From Tubiluchus corallicola (Eukaryota > Animalia > Priapulida), in assembly GCA_030141605.1 (NCBI GenBank), contig JAQGDQ010000144.1:441553-505552 (forward strand): 64,000 nt of DNA, read 5' to 3'. The stretch's first letter is position 1. Each line of letters starts with the position of its first letter. A program made the translations under genes and the position numbers. Shown here piece by piece: positions 13,201-29,224 of the stretch. The notes below the pieces were generated by a model. It was not told the DNA's origin. It ran no database searches and was given only the letters and a program-made list of their open reading frames with translations.

Positions 13201-16200
13201 TTGACAAGACATCTTTCGAATCAGGGCCGTTAGAATAAACAACAATTCAAAGGTCACCACAATTAAAGTGTTTTTTTATCCATTTTTTGCAAAATTTAGT
13301 TTCAAAGAACTGGATCGTGCTAGGGGGTAAGCCAGTAATAGGCAGATAGCACATCCAGTAGTGGGGCTAGTAAACATATACAGATTTTCTGAGAGGCCCT
13401 TGGCTTCATGCAATAAATATTTACGAAACCTGCCTTACTAATATTATTGAAATTTTGATCAAACACCATATACAAAAAACTTTCATAAGACACATTTTGA
13501 GGTCTATGAAGGTCTTTCTGTAGCTCATTGGAATGGAAAGAAAAAGTTGAAGAATTACAAGATATAATGTGTTTCTTCTAAAAGCTACACCACCACAACA
13601 AATGCCAAATGCTTTGTCTAATGTCTATAATCTATGCCAATAAGCACCACACTATGTGTAAATATGTTACATCTCCATCGTTAAACGGGCAAAAAAATAG
13701 TAAAGAAAACCTAGGCAGAAGGTCCACGCATTGTTGATCCTACCTTATGAATTAAATGTTTTTGCTAGTAATTTTTATTACGTCTAACACAAACAGCAAG
13801 TTAAACCTCCCAGAGTTGTTGTTGTCACAATGTATGAACAAACACACAGATTATGTGAATACACAGATAGGTCAATGTGCAAGTCTTTTTAGTCTTTTGC
13901 ATAGAGCAAGTAAATTTCATCTACATTCCTATGACAGTAATGACAGAACTTGTTTGAGTTACTATGCTATCCAAAGTACAGCATGTAATGCGTAACAAAA
14001 CAATAACAGACTGCCAAGACTGAACCTGAGAAGCAAACAGATTCATCACAGTTTGACAATGTAGAAAAATGACAAAATTCAGAGGTTGAAAGCCACAAAA
14101 TAGCTGACAAAACAGTTCACTCAAGCATCTTTTAATTCTTCTAAACTCATCTAAGTTTGTAAACTTAAAACTGAGATATGCTCAAAGAAACCATAAGTGG
14201 TTGTAAGTCAAGAACTTTAGGCATACTTAAAGGAAGGCCGGACGATTGTTTAGAACTCCATCTCATTTTAATTTACTGTCCAAAATATACATTTTCTTGC
14301 CTATAAAAGTTAACAATTGTTCCTTATATTTAAATAATTAGCTTAGAAAGTTAATTAACGGCAACCGAACACAGCTATTGCTTAAGTCAGAAACTAACCA
14401 CAGTTTGTGCAATGGCAGGTGTCTTCCCTTGCACATCAAGCACATTTGCATAGGTGTTACAGTACTCCTTAAATGCATGATGTCACGAAAAATGGGCTTT
14501 ACATCATATGACGTCATGAAACTGACACAGCAGTTCATGATCATGGTCATCACGGTACCCCCTTCTATTTGTCAGTGATGCGCACATGACAAAAAGGCGC
14601 CGCTGCCAATCTTAGTAGATTCACTGAGTCGCGCATAGCTTTGAAAGTTTAACGAAGTTTGAGTATCCGAGGCAATTATTATTTAATTTAAGTTTTGATT
14701 TAAAATAAGCAATTGTAGTTTTCAATACTTTATACATTTTTTATTCTGAACTCGTGTTTACACAGTCATCCAGTTTTGAAGTTTGCGCGAATAACTTTGT
14801 TTCACAATCAAATTTAAGTAATGCGCAGGCTGGTCAAGTAAATGGGTCTCACCATGAACAGGCAAACTGAGCAGGACCCTTGCTAGTGAACGGAAAATTC
14901 CAGCTTGCAGTGTGCCAAATTATACACACACACACATATATATAAACAGTATGACCCATGCGCAATGTTCAAATGGAAAATTTGAAGCATAGAACGAAAC
15001 CTCTAGAAGTTTTAACTATCTTTGCTTTAGAAAAACGCATTTAAAAAATATTTCAGCATTACAAATTTACTCATACTTTAGCATGTTCAGCATTCTTGTT
15101 CTCAATGCCATAGATTTCTTGTAGTAAATAGCATAGTCCATCTACCATTTGTCTCTGTTTCAGTGGTTTCAGTAGGTAACCGCCATCCGATGATTTCTCA
15201 ACAATACAGAAGGTCATGTGAAGCTGCTTAGAATATTCTAGATACAAAATAGTTCATGAAAAATATTTAATGAAATTAGGAGCCAAGACTGTGATTAGTA
15301 TTTACTTTTTCAAATTCTCATCATATATAGGTTAGGGCTGAAACCATATTATTATTTTATCTAAAGTACAATACTGGAAGTGCACAGATTTTTCTCTTTA
15401 AAATATAGTTAGCCTGCCATTTCCTATCACAATTCAATTATAATAGTTATTAATAATAATTATTATTATTAATTTACTTATTAAAAAATTCCTTGATCTT
15501 ATCAGTAGTAAATGAATAGCAAATGCTTCAATTACAAAAATCAGGCCAGTATCTTACCATCAGTCTCTTCTGTTTGGCACTGAATGACTATTGGTATCAC
15601 CTCTTTCTCTTGGTTATAGACTAGTTCTTCCTCTGCGTAAAGCTTTGGTTCAAAGACATGTGATGATTGTATAAACTGCTGGTTGGCACCAAATTTGTAA
15701 TGATACGTCTCAGACGTCATGCTAGGGTCCCGCGGATGATATCTAGAAAACAAATATGTTAAAAAAACAATTCTAATAGCAACACGACGCAGGAATCTAT
15801 GTCAATAGGGTGTAATTTTACAATAAAAACTGACATGACTTAATTTATAAAAAGAAAATTTTACTTGTAATATTTAAATTGAACATATAAGAAAAAGAAT
15901 TATCGTGGGGCAATGTCGGCCATCTAGTTTTTATACACTAAAATTAGGTCCTGTGACCTATACGTAAAATATGTGAAATATATAATACAATATATATTAA
16001 TTTATAAAATATTAATGCAAATATAAGGTAAGTCATTAAAAAAATCTAAATGTGGCATACATTACCCAAATATACCCTATTCATAGCATGTTTACAATAA
16101 AAGTTTTGTACTTACATTACATTACTGCTACTAATTTCTTCTGTTGCAAAGTAGAAGATAGTAATTGCACACGGCACATCACAGTCAAATGTAAATTCTA

Positions 16201-19200
16201 TATTATACCGCGTGTTTGACTCCTCATCGTCACCCTGTGCTGAGTCGCCAGCTCTGCAAAATTACATTAATTTCTTCTTTCTCTTGTTAGAGACAATATT
16301 TTACTTAAAATATTCACAACATTAGTGTTAAATCATTCAAAATAGCAAGCCGTCAAATAATTTAATTAGAAAGATCAAGACTAAAAGGTACGATTGCTAA
16401 ATAAGAAGCCAGAACAGTAGCAGTTCATCTGAAAACCCCTGGTTTCAGGGATCTGCTGTGTTCTTATACATGAAATAAACAAATATTAATAATTTAATAA
16501 CACAAATTTAGAACACAACTGATTTTGACTAACGATCACTTCAATGTTCAAAGTTTGTTATCGGATTGAACATTATGGTTTGTTTATAGTTAATACAAGC
16601 CACTGCATAAATGTTTGAAAATTACCTAGTAAAAGCAGCGAGAAAAATAGCATTAAACGTCTCAACCCACAAGCGGGTACGAAGTAATTTTCAGCTGTTA
16701 GCCACATAACATCATTTTTTCTTTAAAACAGGTCCTCTCAGGCCTTAACATGGTTAAAACATCATTACAGTAGTACACAACCAACTATACTAAGAAGCGC
16801 CTGCTGTCAGTACTGGATCCTGGCTTACAGAGTGCCACACTGTACCGATAAGATACTATCTGAATTTTGTGGCATTCCAGGAAAAACTTCACCTTTGAGC
16901 ACCCCAGCGAAAAGTGAGGATGCTGACTGCCAGAATGAAAGAAAATTGCAAAAAAAATTTAATTGTACTGAATGAAGTCAATACAGTGCAGTTCTACATA
17001 CTAATTTCATGGTAATTTTTTTGAAGACCTAGCCCATATCTCGGGCAAAACATTCAATATTTTCTGTGTTAACAAAACACTACATCAGTTTTTGTATATT
17101 ATTGATTGTTGGCGAGTAATAGCATTTGTCATGTTACAGTGACAAATTTCAAAAAGTTCTGACTATGCATGGTCTTGTTAGCTTAATGATAATCAATCTT
17201 ACCTGATAAATCTCACAGAATCTTTACGAATATTCACAACACTTTTCAGTGTCTTAATTGGTTCGTTTGCTTGTGGTGCAGGATAAGGAAACTGAAAAAT
17301 GAAGGCATGATATTCAGAGACATGAAGGCGATTAAGCGAGCTAATGCTACGTCACATGTTACCTGAAATTAACCGTTAATGTACAGTGTGCAGTGTATAT
17401 ATAGTGTGCCATTCTTCACATCATGATCATTTTTCAATTAAGAAAAAAAAGTAGCCAGTTTTGTCAAAAATTGTACTGCAACTCATTTTACTTTAAGGCA
17501 AATTTGCTTGAAATCTGCTATGTCCAGGGAATAGTTAGAAAATTATGCAAGCTTTAAATGACAATTGATCGGAGATAAATTTAAAATAAGTTTCTCATGT
17601 TTCTCGTAGTGAAATCTGTCACTGTACCATTGGCTCTCTATACAGTATCAACTGTATTCAGGTTTGGATTGACTCCTTTGCAAGCTTTTTCACAAATATA
17701 CACACAGTGGTGGAAAAACCAATGACCTTCTTACTACTTGACAAAAATGTAATGTTAGGAATTTAAGCTTACGGGAGTTGGCCTATTGCCCAGAAAGTTC
17801 AAATCTGCATTTTCTCCAAAAAGATAAGCTTCAGGTTGCGTTGTGTCGAACCGCTCTCCACCCATTATGAAGTGACTTCCGAAATAACATCCTGCACATT
17901 AGCAATGCACTATTATTACAATCGAAATGTAATTGCAAAGTTCAGTCAAATCTCATTATAACGACCCCTTTATAATGCCAACCTTGGTTAATGCAAAATT
18001 TTTAACAAAACAAAATATCTATATTTGCATAGACATGCATGTATTAATTCACCTTGTTACAATGATAACTTTTTTAGAATCATAAAGTAGATGGTATAAA
18101 CTATAAGGAGGCTTGTCTGTACTATTATTACGCTGCAAGAATGAATTTAAGTGTTAAAAATGGATTCAGATCGTAATCAACAAACAAGACCAATCGATAT
18201 TTTCATTTGTAACGTAAATTCTGATCTAAAAAATATTCTGTTTAACAATAAATAGTGTGTATTACGTCTAGTGAACACAGTAAGCTACAATACTCTAATC
18301 AGTAACAGTATACCACATTATTAACAATTTTATTCTTATGTGACGAAAATTCAGTGTAATGGAATGACTAGCTACAAGCCAAAATTCTACTTGTCATAAA
18401 TCTGCATTTTTTTTTCAAATCGATTACCGCCTTGGATACCTAAAATTAGATAGATAGATTAACAAAAAAAGAAAAAAAGTAAAACAAGAGAACATCAATA
18501 AACAAAAGTTATAAAAATTGTTGCTGAACAGTATCTAGAAAGTAGAGTCATTAGCTCCAAAGATGAAGCCTACTGCTACTTTAGTAATTGACATCTCTTG
18601 TCAACAAACAGCATGTCAGAGAGTTAGGAGTTCGTGTTAATGGTCTAACACCATGGGTCGAAATGTTTTATTTTTCCTGCGGAGCACTGTACGTTCCGCC
18701 AAAATAAAAATGAGCAGCAAATGAACAGACAAGCATAGTGATAATTTGTTTTTGTTTCTTAGGTAACTTTTAAGCTGAAATAAATATTACTGTAATCATT
18801 TGTGACGCGTATATTAGGTATTATAACTCAGTAACAGCTGCTCTTTTGCTAGTTTTTTGTTACTTAGTATTCAACTGCCTCAACAATGAAGCAAAAAAAT
18901 CTCATTAGCAGACGATTTTTTGCTGAATTTCTGCCCAGAATAAGACGAAATACTGAGTCTGAAGCGCAATTATTAAACAATGTGTAAGTTAGACATTTCC
19001 AGTGGTGAGCTATTTTCAAAATTTTTCAACATACAAAACTAGTGAACAATAGCTGGCGATAAACAAAGACCAAGATCTTTGGTATTGCAACGTTCATGTT
19101 ACTGTTAAATGCTTATTTCGTAATTATAATGAGGCCAATAGTTTTTAAACAACTTGGTAAGACGCTTAATAGGTCTTCTTCAGCATATAGACGTGCATTC

Positions 19201-21029
19201 GTTAAGCTTATTTATTGTTATTACATAAGTATTTATGTAATCTGAGCATAAGTTTTTGCATAGCAGTCGTTGCTCTACTAGACCTAAAATGGGAAGCAAC
19301 AGCAAAAATTTATGGAGCGAATCGCGAATCCAGGTTTTTGAACCCTGTTTAACACACTGATAGCTATTTTTACCCAGTTAAGTAAAACAACAGTGATTGA
19401 AACACTCAAAGGTGAAAGCACAGTAAATCAGTCATTTTTTCAGATGGGGCAAAAAGCAAATTTTTGTTTCAACTAAATATGTACAGTGTTTTCTTGCAAA
19501 GTTTTTGCAGCCTGGCAGAGTTCAGGTCATATTAAAGCTCAAAACTCCCCGACAGTAGAAATCAACTTGACTAGCCAACGCGGGATGTCAAAGATGGCAT
19601 TTTTCTTGAACTTTCTATGTAACCAACTCAACTTTTTCCAACTTTTACAGACATGATTTTTTTGTATGGGTGCCAAGCAGGCAAGATATAATTCTGCGGT
19701 CTGCAACAGGTGGCAGTAGTAACAAGAAGTACCACCTGAACAAGCTGCCTGACAGACTGTTCCTATCCATGTTGAACACATGTGCTTTAAAGCACTTACA
19801 AACCAGACGATCTTGTAGCCACACTTATTCATAAAATAGATACATTATTGTATCCGAGCAAAATAAAAATATAGTATGAGTTAGTTTTTTCTTTATTTGG
19901 TTTTATATTAATGTTTCAATAGTGTTTTAATTCAAAGGAATATAATATTAAGCCCTTTCGTGTAACACAAAAGTATTTTCTGTTTGTTTATTGCATCAGC
20001 TGCTTAGCTTGAGTTACAAGGTAAGAATTCACACAAAAGATAATATATAAATAAAATATTATTACATATTTATAAGTAAATAAACAAAAATGCATTTGCA
20101 CCCACATGCACACCAACACAAGTTTTTACACTTTTGTATAAATATCATTTCTTAAGCTCACTGTGATGCTTCTTACAAATTTTTTTGGAAATGGCTCCAT
20201 TGTTGTTTATCATGGAATTAAAAGTGTCATGTGAATTAATTGGAACCACCTTATCAAGAATTTTTCTGTTGATTAAATTAGCTATAGTTACCATAATCAG
20301 GGATTTAGCAGAATTACATTGCCTCTACTTTCCCTAACGCACTGCAAACACTACAAAATTTTGATAGGTATCACTATCAATATGCTACATTTTACATCAT
20401 TGCTAGACTGGTGCTTCAAAAAATGGTATTAGGAAAAATAATTTTTTAGGGTTATCGTTTCGGTATCGTATGGTTATCATAACGACAAATTCGTATTGTT
20501 TAACATCCCTACTTTTGGGTGATTTTACAAAATGAATGTCATGTACACTAACCGCCTGTCTGTAAAAGCCGAATGGGGTGTGATTTTTGATGGCGTATCA
20601 TTAATAACTAAAATATCAGTTACCGAATATTACAATAATATAATAAAGCATCGCAGTGAATAAACATCAGATACTGTAAAAGACAAGTAAAAAATTCTAT
20701 TGAAATGCAACAGGTGATTTTTTTATTTGCTAGTACTAGTAGTAAACATTTTTATTAATTGAATTGAAATTCTATCACTCTTAAGGTATGGACTGACAGC
20801 GCCAAGAAGCACGACAAAGCAACATACAACTGCACCATTACAGACGTTACTACTGGACATGATAGTAAATAGGTATATACTGATGTAGTATAGTCCGTTT
20901 TCAAACTTAGAAAATAGCCTAGTGCAAGTAAGAGTACCTACCTGACTTCGGAGGATACCGATAAGCATTATTTGTGCTAATATCTACTTCTTCTATTCCT
21001 GCATTTTGCCGACTATGAAACAATCCCAT
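7271..21029 (-). CDS. MGRN1: Mahogunin/RNF157-family RING E3 ubiquitin ligase
   Basis: Exons (minus) 21029-20942, 17891-17773, 17291-17203, 16253-16116, 15742-15558, 15237-15077, 12921-12667, 10414-10227, 9513-9399, 9177-9001, 8300-8150, 7914-7826, 7390-7271 (TGA). Motifs: [108 protein letters not shown]. The C-terminal low-complexity exons are less certain. Confidence 0.93.
10480..10910 (+). mobile_element. Degenerate non-LTR retrotransposon (LINE) 3' fragment in an MGRN1 intron
   Basis: LYIEKGRH..IPVNNRICKYCNEGKIEDEMHFVLDC resembles the C-terminal Cys/His motif of LINE ORF2; the frame is broken upstream. Confidence 0.7.
11132..11345. repeat. (TATAA)n pentanucleotide microsatellite
   Basis: About 40 near-perfect units with a few TAACA variants; this explains the YYIIL repeat ORFs in the track. 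Confidence 0.97.
11715..11911. mobile_element. Short Tc1/pogo-type MITE
   Basis: TIRs CAGTCAAACCT ... AGGTTTGACTG with TA on the left. A degenerate relative lies at ~17943-18119 (CAGTCAAATCTC ... GAGGCTTGTCTG). Confidence 0.55.
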
Positions 21030-23003
<1,974 letters not shown>

Positions 23004-26000
23004 AACGCACAATTAGTAAATTGAAAGATTATGTAATGGTGAGTGAGGCCGTCAGTTCTTACGTATAGTACACAACTTAGTGAGCGAAAACTTGCAAGGT
23101 TTTAATATTGGTTATGTGTAAATCAGAAAATTATCCAGTTATTTTGAGTTGAAGCCCAAACCGTCATGCCTCATGCACAAGTCGAAATTAATATAGATAC
23201 GTGAATGGCACTGAACTGAATGTACAACACTAGAAAGTGAGAGTGGCCTACATAATACATTGTTTAAAATTATAATCTGCTATATTGTGGTTTATATATC
23301 GTTTCATTAGATGTATATTTTATCATTTTGTTGCTATTACATATTTTCCTTGTATTGAGTATATTTACATCGCATTAGTTTGGTTGAACCAGTATGTCTA
23401 AATAAATGTGTTAAAGGCTATTTTACCTTTTGTTTAAGTGTAAGTTTGTTGGTATTTTGTTATTATTGTAATTAGATCTTTCAGTGTCATTGGTTACATC
23501 AGCAGCAGTTAGCAAAGTCTAGACTCGTACCAAAGTACATTTTGTTTTCCGTTAGCACATTTCTGTATAGGTGTTTCAAAATATGTAATGAATACCTCAC
23601 CTAAGTAAATGAAAAAACTGCACATTTTGTACATAATGTGGTCTCTGATAACACGTGTAGTCATGAGTTTCCTGTGTATTGTGTGAATCTCTGTCGAAAT
23701 ATCCGTTTGAAGATTTGTATTTTAATTTTTTTATTTTCTGTAGTTCGTCATAGCGTGTGGAACAGGTCTAGAGAGACAAGTATAGATTATGCAAGTAATT
23801 ACCATGACTGACAAATATTAAGGAGTATTTGAATTTATGTTCTAGCCAATTGATTTAACAAGTACTAAATATAATACTTTTGGTAAGAATGTGAAAAACT
23901 GAGTGGCACTTATTACTCACGAATACAGAGTAACAGAGTCGTCTTTATTTACTCACGCCCATTATGCCAGATGTTCTGTTTTGTTTAACAATGATTTTCA
24001 ATGTTATGCCAGGTAATAATAGTTTTAAATATATTATAAGCTCATGTATTACAATTAATATGGTAATTTACCAAATTGTGTAATAGATCCAGCAGTCAGC
24101 TGAAGGCAAGAGTATTTCACCATTAAAAATTCATTATGCACACCATTTATTAATTATGCTATTTGAGGCATTATGTTATGTGAAAATACACGTATAGACT
24201 TAATGATTACTTTTTTCACTGTGAACAAGCATAGTTGCCGAAAGCTCTATTTATGGTATTTATCTTATCGTACTATCTGACCCAATCAAACTATTTCTCA
24301 TTTTTTTGCATCTAGATAAGAGGTTGCAGGCCAGGGAAGCACTCTGTTCTGCTGCACTACCATCTCCACTGTTTTGTATTTTAAATAAAATGTGTACAAG
24401 GTTTAAACTACCTCTACAGTGTTGCACTTTCGTTTTTACTAAGTCGTATTTACTGCCAATACCCAATGAGGAGTGACTCTCATTTTGTTTACTATTGATC
24501 ACTTAATTATATAGACAAAAGGCATATACAGGACAGATCTTTTTTATCCTGATTTTACCCATATTGGTCAAAATTCTGACTGAAAATGTGCAGCAGAGTT
24601 TATGTAAATATGCATTGGATAATTCTCATAATGAAACTTTCGAAGCACCTTGTGCACTATAAGAGGCATATTAAAAGGCTTCTGCAGATTATCAAGCCAG
24701 CTAACCTTGCTAGTAGTATTGATCTGCTCTTAAATGACAGCTAAGTGCAACGGTACGATATAAACAGAATCTCAGAGCTATTTGACTGACAGGACTGCAT
24801 TCGTAATATTCTTGGTTAACATTTATCATTCATTAAGCAATTTCAAAATGCAATTACATTTATATCTTTACATAAGTTACAGCTTTTCAATGTAACAAAC
24901 AGTCATTTTACAAATACTTTTTGAATTCCTAACTGAACGCCTTCAGAATTTACCATGCAGATGTAAAAAATGTGTCTGCTCCAATCCATTCTGAGACCCA
25001 GATAACAGATTCAAATATTTTCTTGTGGAGCATTTTATTTCTCATCATACATTCTGCGAATTTGTCAGCTCGATTTAAGCTGATTTGCAACTTGAACTAG
25101 ACTCAACTCACTTAAATACTAATAAAGTGTACGTGTATTATATTTGAAAAGGTTGTTCGTAGTACGACATTGCACTGTAATTATTACAAAAAACTCCTGT
25201 AAATACTTGCAGCCAGCTGCAACTAAGAATGACAGTATTTCTGTAATTTTACAGAATGCAATCACACAGAATTATCCCTTTGATATATAGCCAGTAAATT
25301 ACTAGGTTGAGGTACTCTACCTATTTTTGGTGTACATGTGTATTGTAACCAGTTTAGGCCTAATCAAACCAGGATAAAATTCATGAGGCTAATTTAAATT
25401 AGATATGATAAATACATATGAACAGTAATTATGATGAGCTTATAAAATCTTATAGAATCTTGTGCGACTGCCACAATTACATGTACATTACTTTCAGGAA
25501 CTTCTAGAACAGTTGAACTGCACTTCACAATCATTTTGGCATGTAGAGTTGCTATGAGCAATCCACTGCAACTTTTTGTTCACATTTCAGCATCAAATAA
25601 GCTAAACACGCTCTATGGTGGTAGGCTTGTAGCTGTTTTGTTTATAGGTTTACATGTGAATGCAAATTCTCATTCAACTTCTGGAGTTGCTGAATTAACA
25701 AACTGTTTCAATAAATAGTAAGTACTGGACATCGTTTACTGTTGTCATCGATTAACACACTTTTTTCAACTTAAAGCTAAGCATCCATGATCATCGCTAA
25801 AATTTCACACTAAATAATGGTGTAATGGAATTACTGAATGTTCTGCTGTTGCTGCATGGATTCAATGGAAGTTGTATTTTAAAGCCTTTAAAAGTAAAAT
25901 TTTCACACTTATGGTCATTGCAACTAAAAATGATACAAAGAACGTCCAAGACAATAAGCACTACAGATCTTCAGAAGTATACCCAGCAAAGAATAACCGC

Positions 26001-26749
26001 ATATATAAAGAGGTACAAGATTGTCAATGAAAATTTCAAAACAGATAATTTCTCTAGACACAGCACTGTGCACCTTTCCCCAGTCTCAAGGATAGGAACG
26101 TGCTTCTTTTTTCTCATGTTGCAAAACCATAGAATCTTCAGAAAAGATAAATAGTAACAACTTCAAGCAATGAATTCGCAAAGAAAGACTGTTAAAAGTT
26201 GTCTCCACGCTAAATTTTTAGGCACTGTAAGCAACCAGAAAAGAATATTACAATATTACATGGTCACAACCTGATTCTACTTTGTGCTTTTTGAGCAGGC
26301 CACTGTCCTCTGGACACAATGTTTAGTAGCGATCGAATTCCTTGCCACAAAACCTCTATCATCAAGCGAATATCAGTTATTGTTTCTACGATGTCTCTGA
26401 TCCACCGTAACATGGTGTGCTGCTTCACTTATAGTACACGATGTGCAAAAGAAGCTAAACAATGCTGCTTGCAAACAAAAGCTGCACAATTGATTCTAAA
26501 TTAGCTGACACAGCAACTTGAAATATCGCTTTGTTGCATAAGCATATTTCCCATAACAGAATTATAATTAAAATGCATGTACACTCAGTAGAGTTCATTA
26601 AAAAATGTAAACGATGAAAGTCCTAGATTAACTTGCAACAGTGGCCAATAATAAATCTTATCACTCATACTGGGATGCCACACCAGCATTCAATATGTAT
26701 AGCATTTCAGAGATACAAGCACTAAGTAAACTGGCATCACTGGCATGTA

Positions 26750-27166
26750 TTAAAGTGAAACACCAAGCAAAAATCCAGTAGCAAAACCACCGGCAAGTAC
26801 AGCATTCTCTCTTACAAAGTCGAAGGCTTGATCAAGAAATTTGTCTTGATAGTTTCTGCCTAAAGCTTTGTTCACACGTTTTTTGGCTTTGTTCACTTCC
26901 TGCTTTATTTTACTTCTGTTGATGGTGATGTATCCTTGATAAGCACCAATCTGCAAAAGCAGTAACCCTCCTCCCAAAGCAGCAGCTGTTTTTTTACTAA
27001 TTTTCGCAAATAAATAGCCAGCACACCAGCCGGCTACACCCCCTATAGCCAACTGCTTAGGCGCGGGGGCTTTGGTGAGTTCACCAAGGTATTTCTGCAC
27101 CCAGTCCTTTTCAATGGGCTCTAACACTTCGAAGATTTCATCTGTGACGTCTTCAACATGTACCAT
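26750..27166 (-). CDS. FUNDC1: FUN14 domain-containing protein (mitophagy-receptor family), copy B, intronless CDS
   Basis: MVHVEDVTDEIFEVL...QLAIGGVAGWCAGYLFAKISKKTAAALGGGLLLLQIGAYQGYITIN...GGFATGFLLG. The first ATG is at 27166; the ORF-track start at 27190 is a GTG with an in-frame TAG shortly upstream. A splice acceptor lies at ~27229. Confidence 0.9.
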   Translation of the reverse strand: MVHVEDVTDEIFEVLEPIEKDWVQKYLGELTKAPAPKQLAIGGVAGWCAGYLFAKISKKTAAALGGGLLLLQIGAYQGYITINRSKIKQEVNKAKKRVNKALGRNYQDKFLDQAFDFVRENAVLAGGFATGFLLGVSL

Positions 27167-27701
27167 TATTTCATAAAAATCTTTGCCCACAAATTGTGAC
27201 TATTTCGCTTTTCTTGGGCAAATTATCACTGAAAAAATAATGCTCAAATTACAAAATGTTACATTATGCAAAAATATGAAGTCTTGTAACAAAAAACTTT
27301 CCAAGGTAGATAAAATAGACCAGAATAATAGTCAGTAGGTACTATACATATGGTTTGTTTATACTAATATTAGTTTTATTTAATCCTATACAATTTGTAC
27401 ATTGATGCTAGCAATAGTAAGTTCTATGTATTAATTTAAACAGTTTTAGTGATTCCATGGCTGTTGTAAAACACAAAACACCGAGTCATACAATGATAGA
27501 GAATTGAATCGCCAATATGACTCTCACTTGTATGATGGTAATGTTCAGGTAGGTTGATTTCAAATATTAAGTTTATTTAAATGTTTCACTTACTGAATGT
27601 CATCGATACTTAATTGTGATACAATGATGTGACAAACCTTAAACATCACAACATGTGCCAAACAAGTTTTACATAATTCTTAATGTAATGTGTAATTGGT
27701 C

Positions 27702-27861
27702 ATGTATTATAATTTATGACTTATCTAACTCATTATGCTGTTCTCTGAAAAGACTGTCAGAGTTTACTGTATAAGATTGGTGAATGTATTATAATTTATG
27801 ACTTATCTAACTCATTATGCTGTTCTCTGAAAAGACTGTCAGAGTTTACTGTATAAGATTG
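27702..27861. repeat. 82-bp direct tandem duplication (2 copies)
   Basis: atgtattataatttatgacttatc...gtataagattgg begins at both 27702 and 27784. Confidence 0.9.
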
Positions 27862-28813
27862 GCGAAAAGTAAGTGTAAACATACTTAGATTAGACGCCAT
27901 CATTAAAAAAACCATAAAACTAAAATAATTATGTTCCATTAATGATTTATCATGATAGTGCTCAGCTGCTATCTAGGGCTGATATGCAGTTGGTCTCAGT
28001 CATAAGGGACAGCGGGTGAACAAAAGTTTGTTAAAAGAAAGAAAGCTATAATGTTGACAAACATCAAAAACTGTCTCATGTGTCACATTAGAGGATTATA
28101 TTTAATGCATGCTTCACTGTAAGAGTCTACTCAAGGCATGGTATTGCAATTCACAAGGTATAGTATTTAATAATTATGTTTACTAATAGCCATTTATAAC
28201 ATATGCAAGATCGTGAGCAGTCAATCTTCCAAAAAAAAAATAATCACAATATTATACTATTTTAATTTATCTCTGTTTTATAACATATTTAGCAAAAATA
28301 ATAAAAACTAACTAAGTGGATTTACTTTGGCTCAAGTAACTTAATGTACAATCTTTGCAGTCTTTGACGAGAAAGTGATGATGACAATTAGAAGCCAGGA
28401 TAAATTAAGTAGCTGACAACAGGTGAAACATCTTCAACATTCTTGGTTCCAACATCAAAATGGAAACATTAGGACTGTTACAGCTTCGAACATTAGAACT
28501 GTTATATCAGAGCGCAGGATTATTACAACTGAACACACAGTGTACCATAGGTTAAACCAAGAAGACCTTCTTACGTCTACTTGCCAATATACATAGGTGC
28601 ATCTTTTGAGATTCTGCAAGACTCAGTTTTCGCACATTATATTAACATTCTGTATTCTGATCCATTAGCTCGCGTTTCATGTTGTCCCTTTGAAGACACG
28701 CTGCACTACTGGTCCTCACTTTTTAAAAGCACATGCAACCAGTTTCACTACACAAAGCATGATTATTTCGATTTACGCTGAACTCTACATTACTACATGC
28801 TGCATAGGGGATA

Positions 28814-29224
28814 CTAAAATGAGATACCGAGTAGAAACCCTGCGCCAAAACTACCAGCAAGAACAGCATTCTCTTTCGCGAAGTCAATAACATGGTCAAA
28901 GAGATGGTAGTTCCTACCCAGTGCCTTGTTCAACTTTTTTCTGGCCCTTTCCACTTCCTTCTTCACCTTATTTCTGTTGATGGTGATGTATCCTTGATAA
29001 GCACCAATCTGTAAAAGCAGCAAACCGCCTCCCAATGCAGCTGCAGTTGCTTTACTGACTTTAGCAAATATGTAACCTGTGCCGTATCCCATCAATCCTC
29101 CAACAGCTATTTGTTTTGGGACGGGTGCCTTCGCTAATTCACCAAAGTACCTTTGAACCCAGTCTTTGTCCGTGGGATCCAGAACTTCAAATACATCATC
29201 CAAGGTATCTGAGTCGCCTGGCAT
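28814..29224 (-). CDS. FUNDC1: FUN14 domain-containing protein, copy A, intronless CDS
   Basis: 136-aa ORF MPGDSDTLDDVFEVL...QIAVGGLMGYGTGYIFAKVSKATAAALGGGLLLLQIGAYQGYITIN...GSFGAGFLLG; a clear paralogue of copy B. Confidence 0.9.
   Translation of the reverse strand: MPGDSDTLDDVFEVLDPTDKDWVQRYFGELAKAPVPKQIAVGGLMGYGTGYIFAKVSKATAAALGGGLLLLQIGAYQGYITINRNKVKKEVERARKKLNKALGRNYHLFDHVIDFAKENAVLAGSFGAGFLLGISF

Noticed and set aside
13921-14027. Possible alternative terminal exon giving a RING-less MGRN1
   Set aside because: The acceptor and phase fit, but there is no homology or other support; it is expected by chance in a long intron.
14572-14630. C/D-box snoRNA-like segment (GTGATG...CTGA)
   Set aside because: The C box is imperfect, it is antisense to the host gene, and I recognised no rRNA-complementary guide.
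23004-26749. Short ORFs between UBALD and FUNDC copy B
   Set aside because: No recognisable motifs or exon chain; most likely long 3' UTRs or intergenic DNA.
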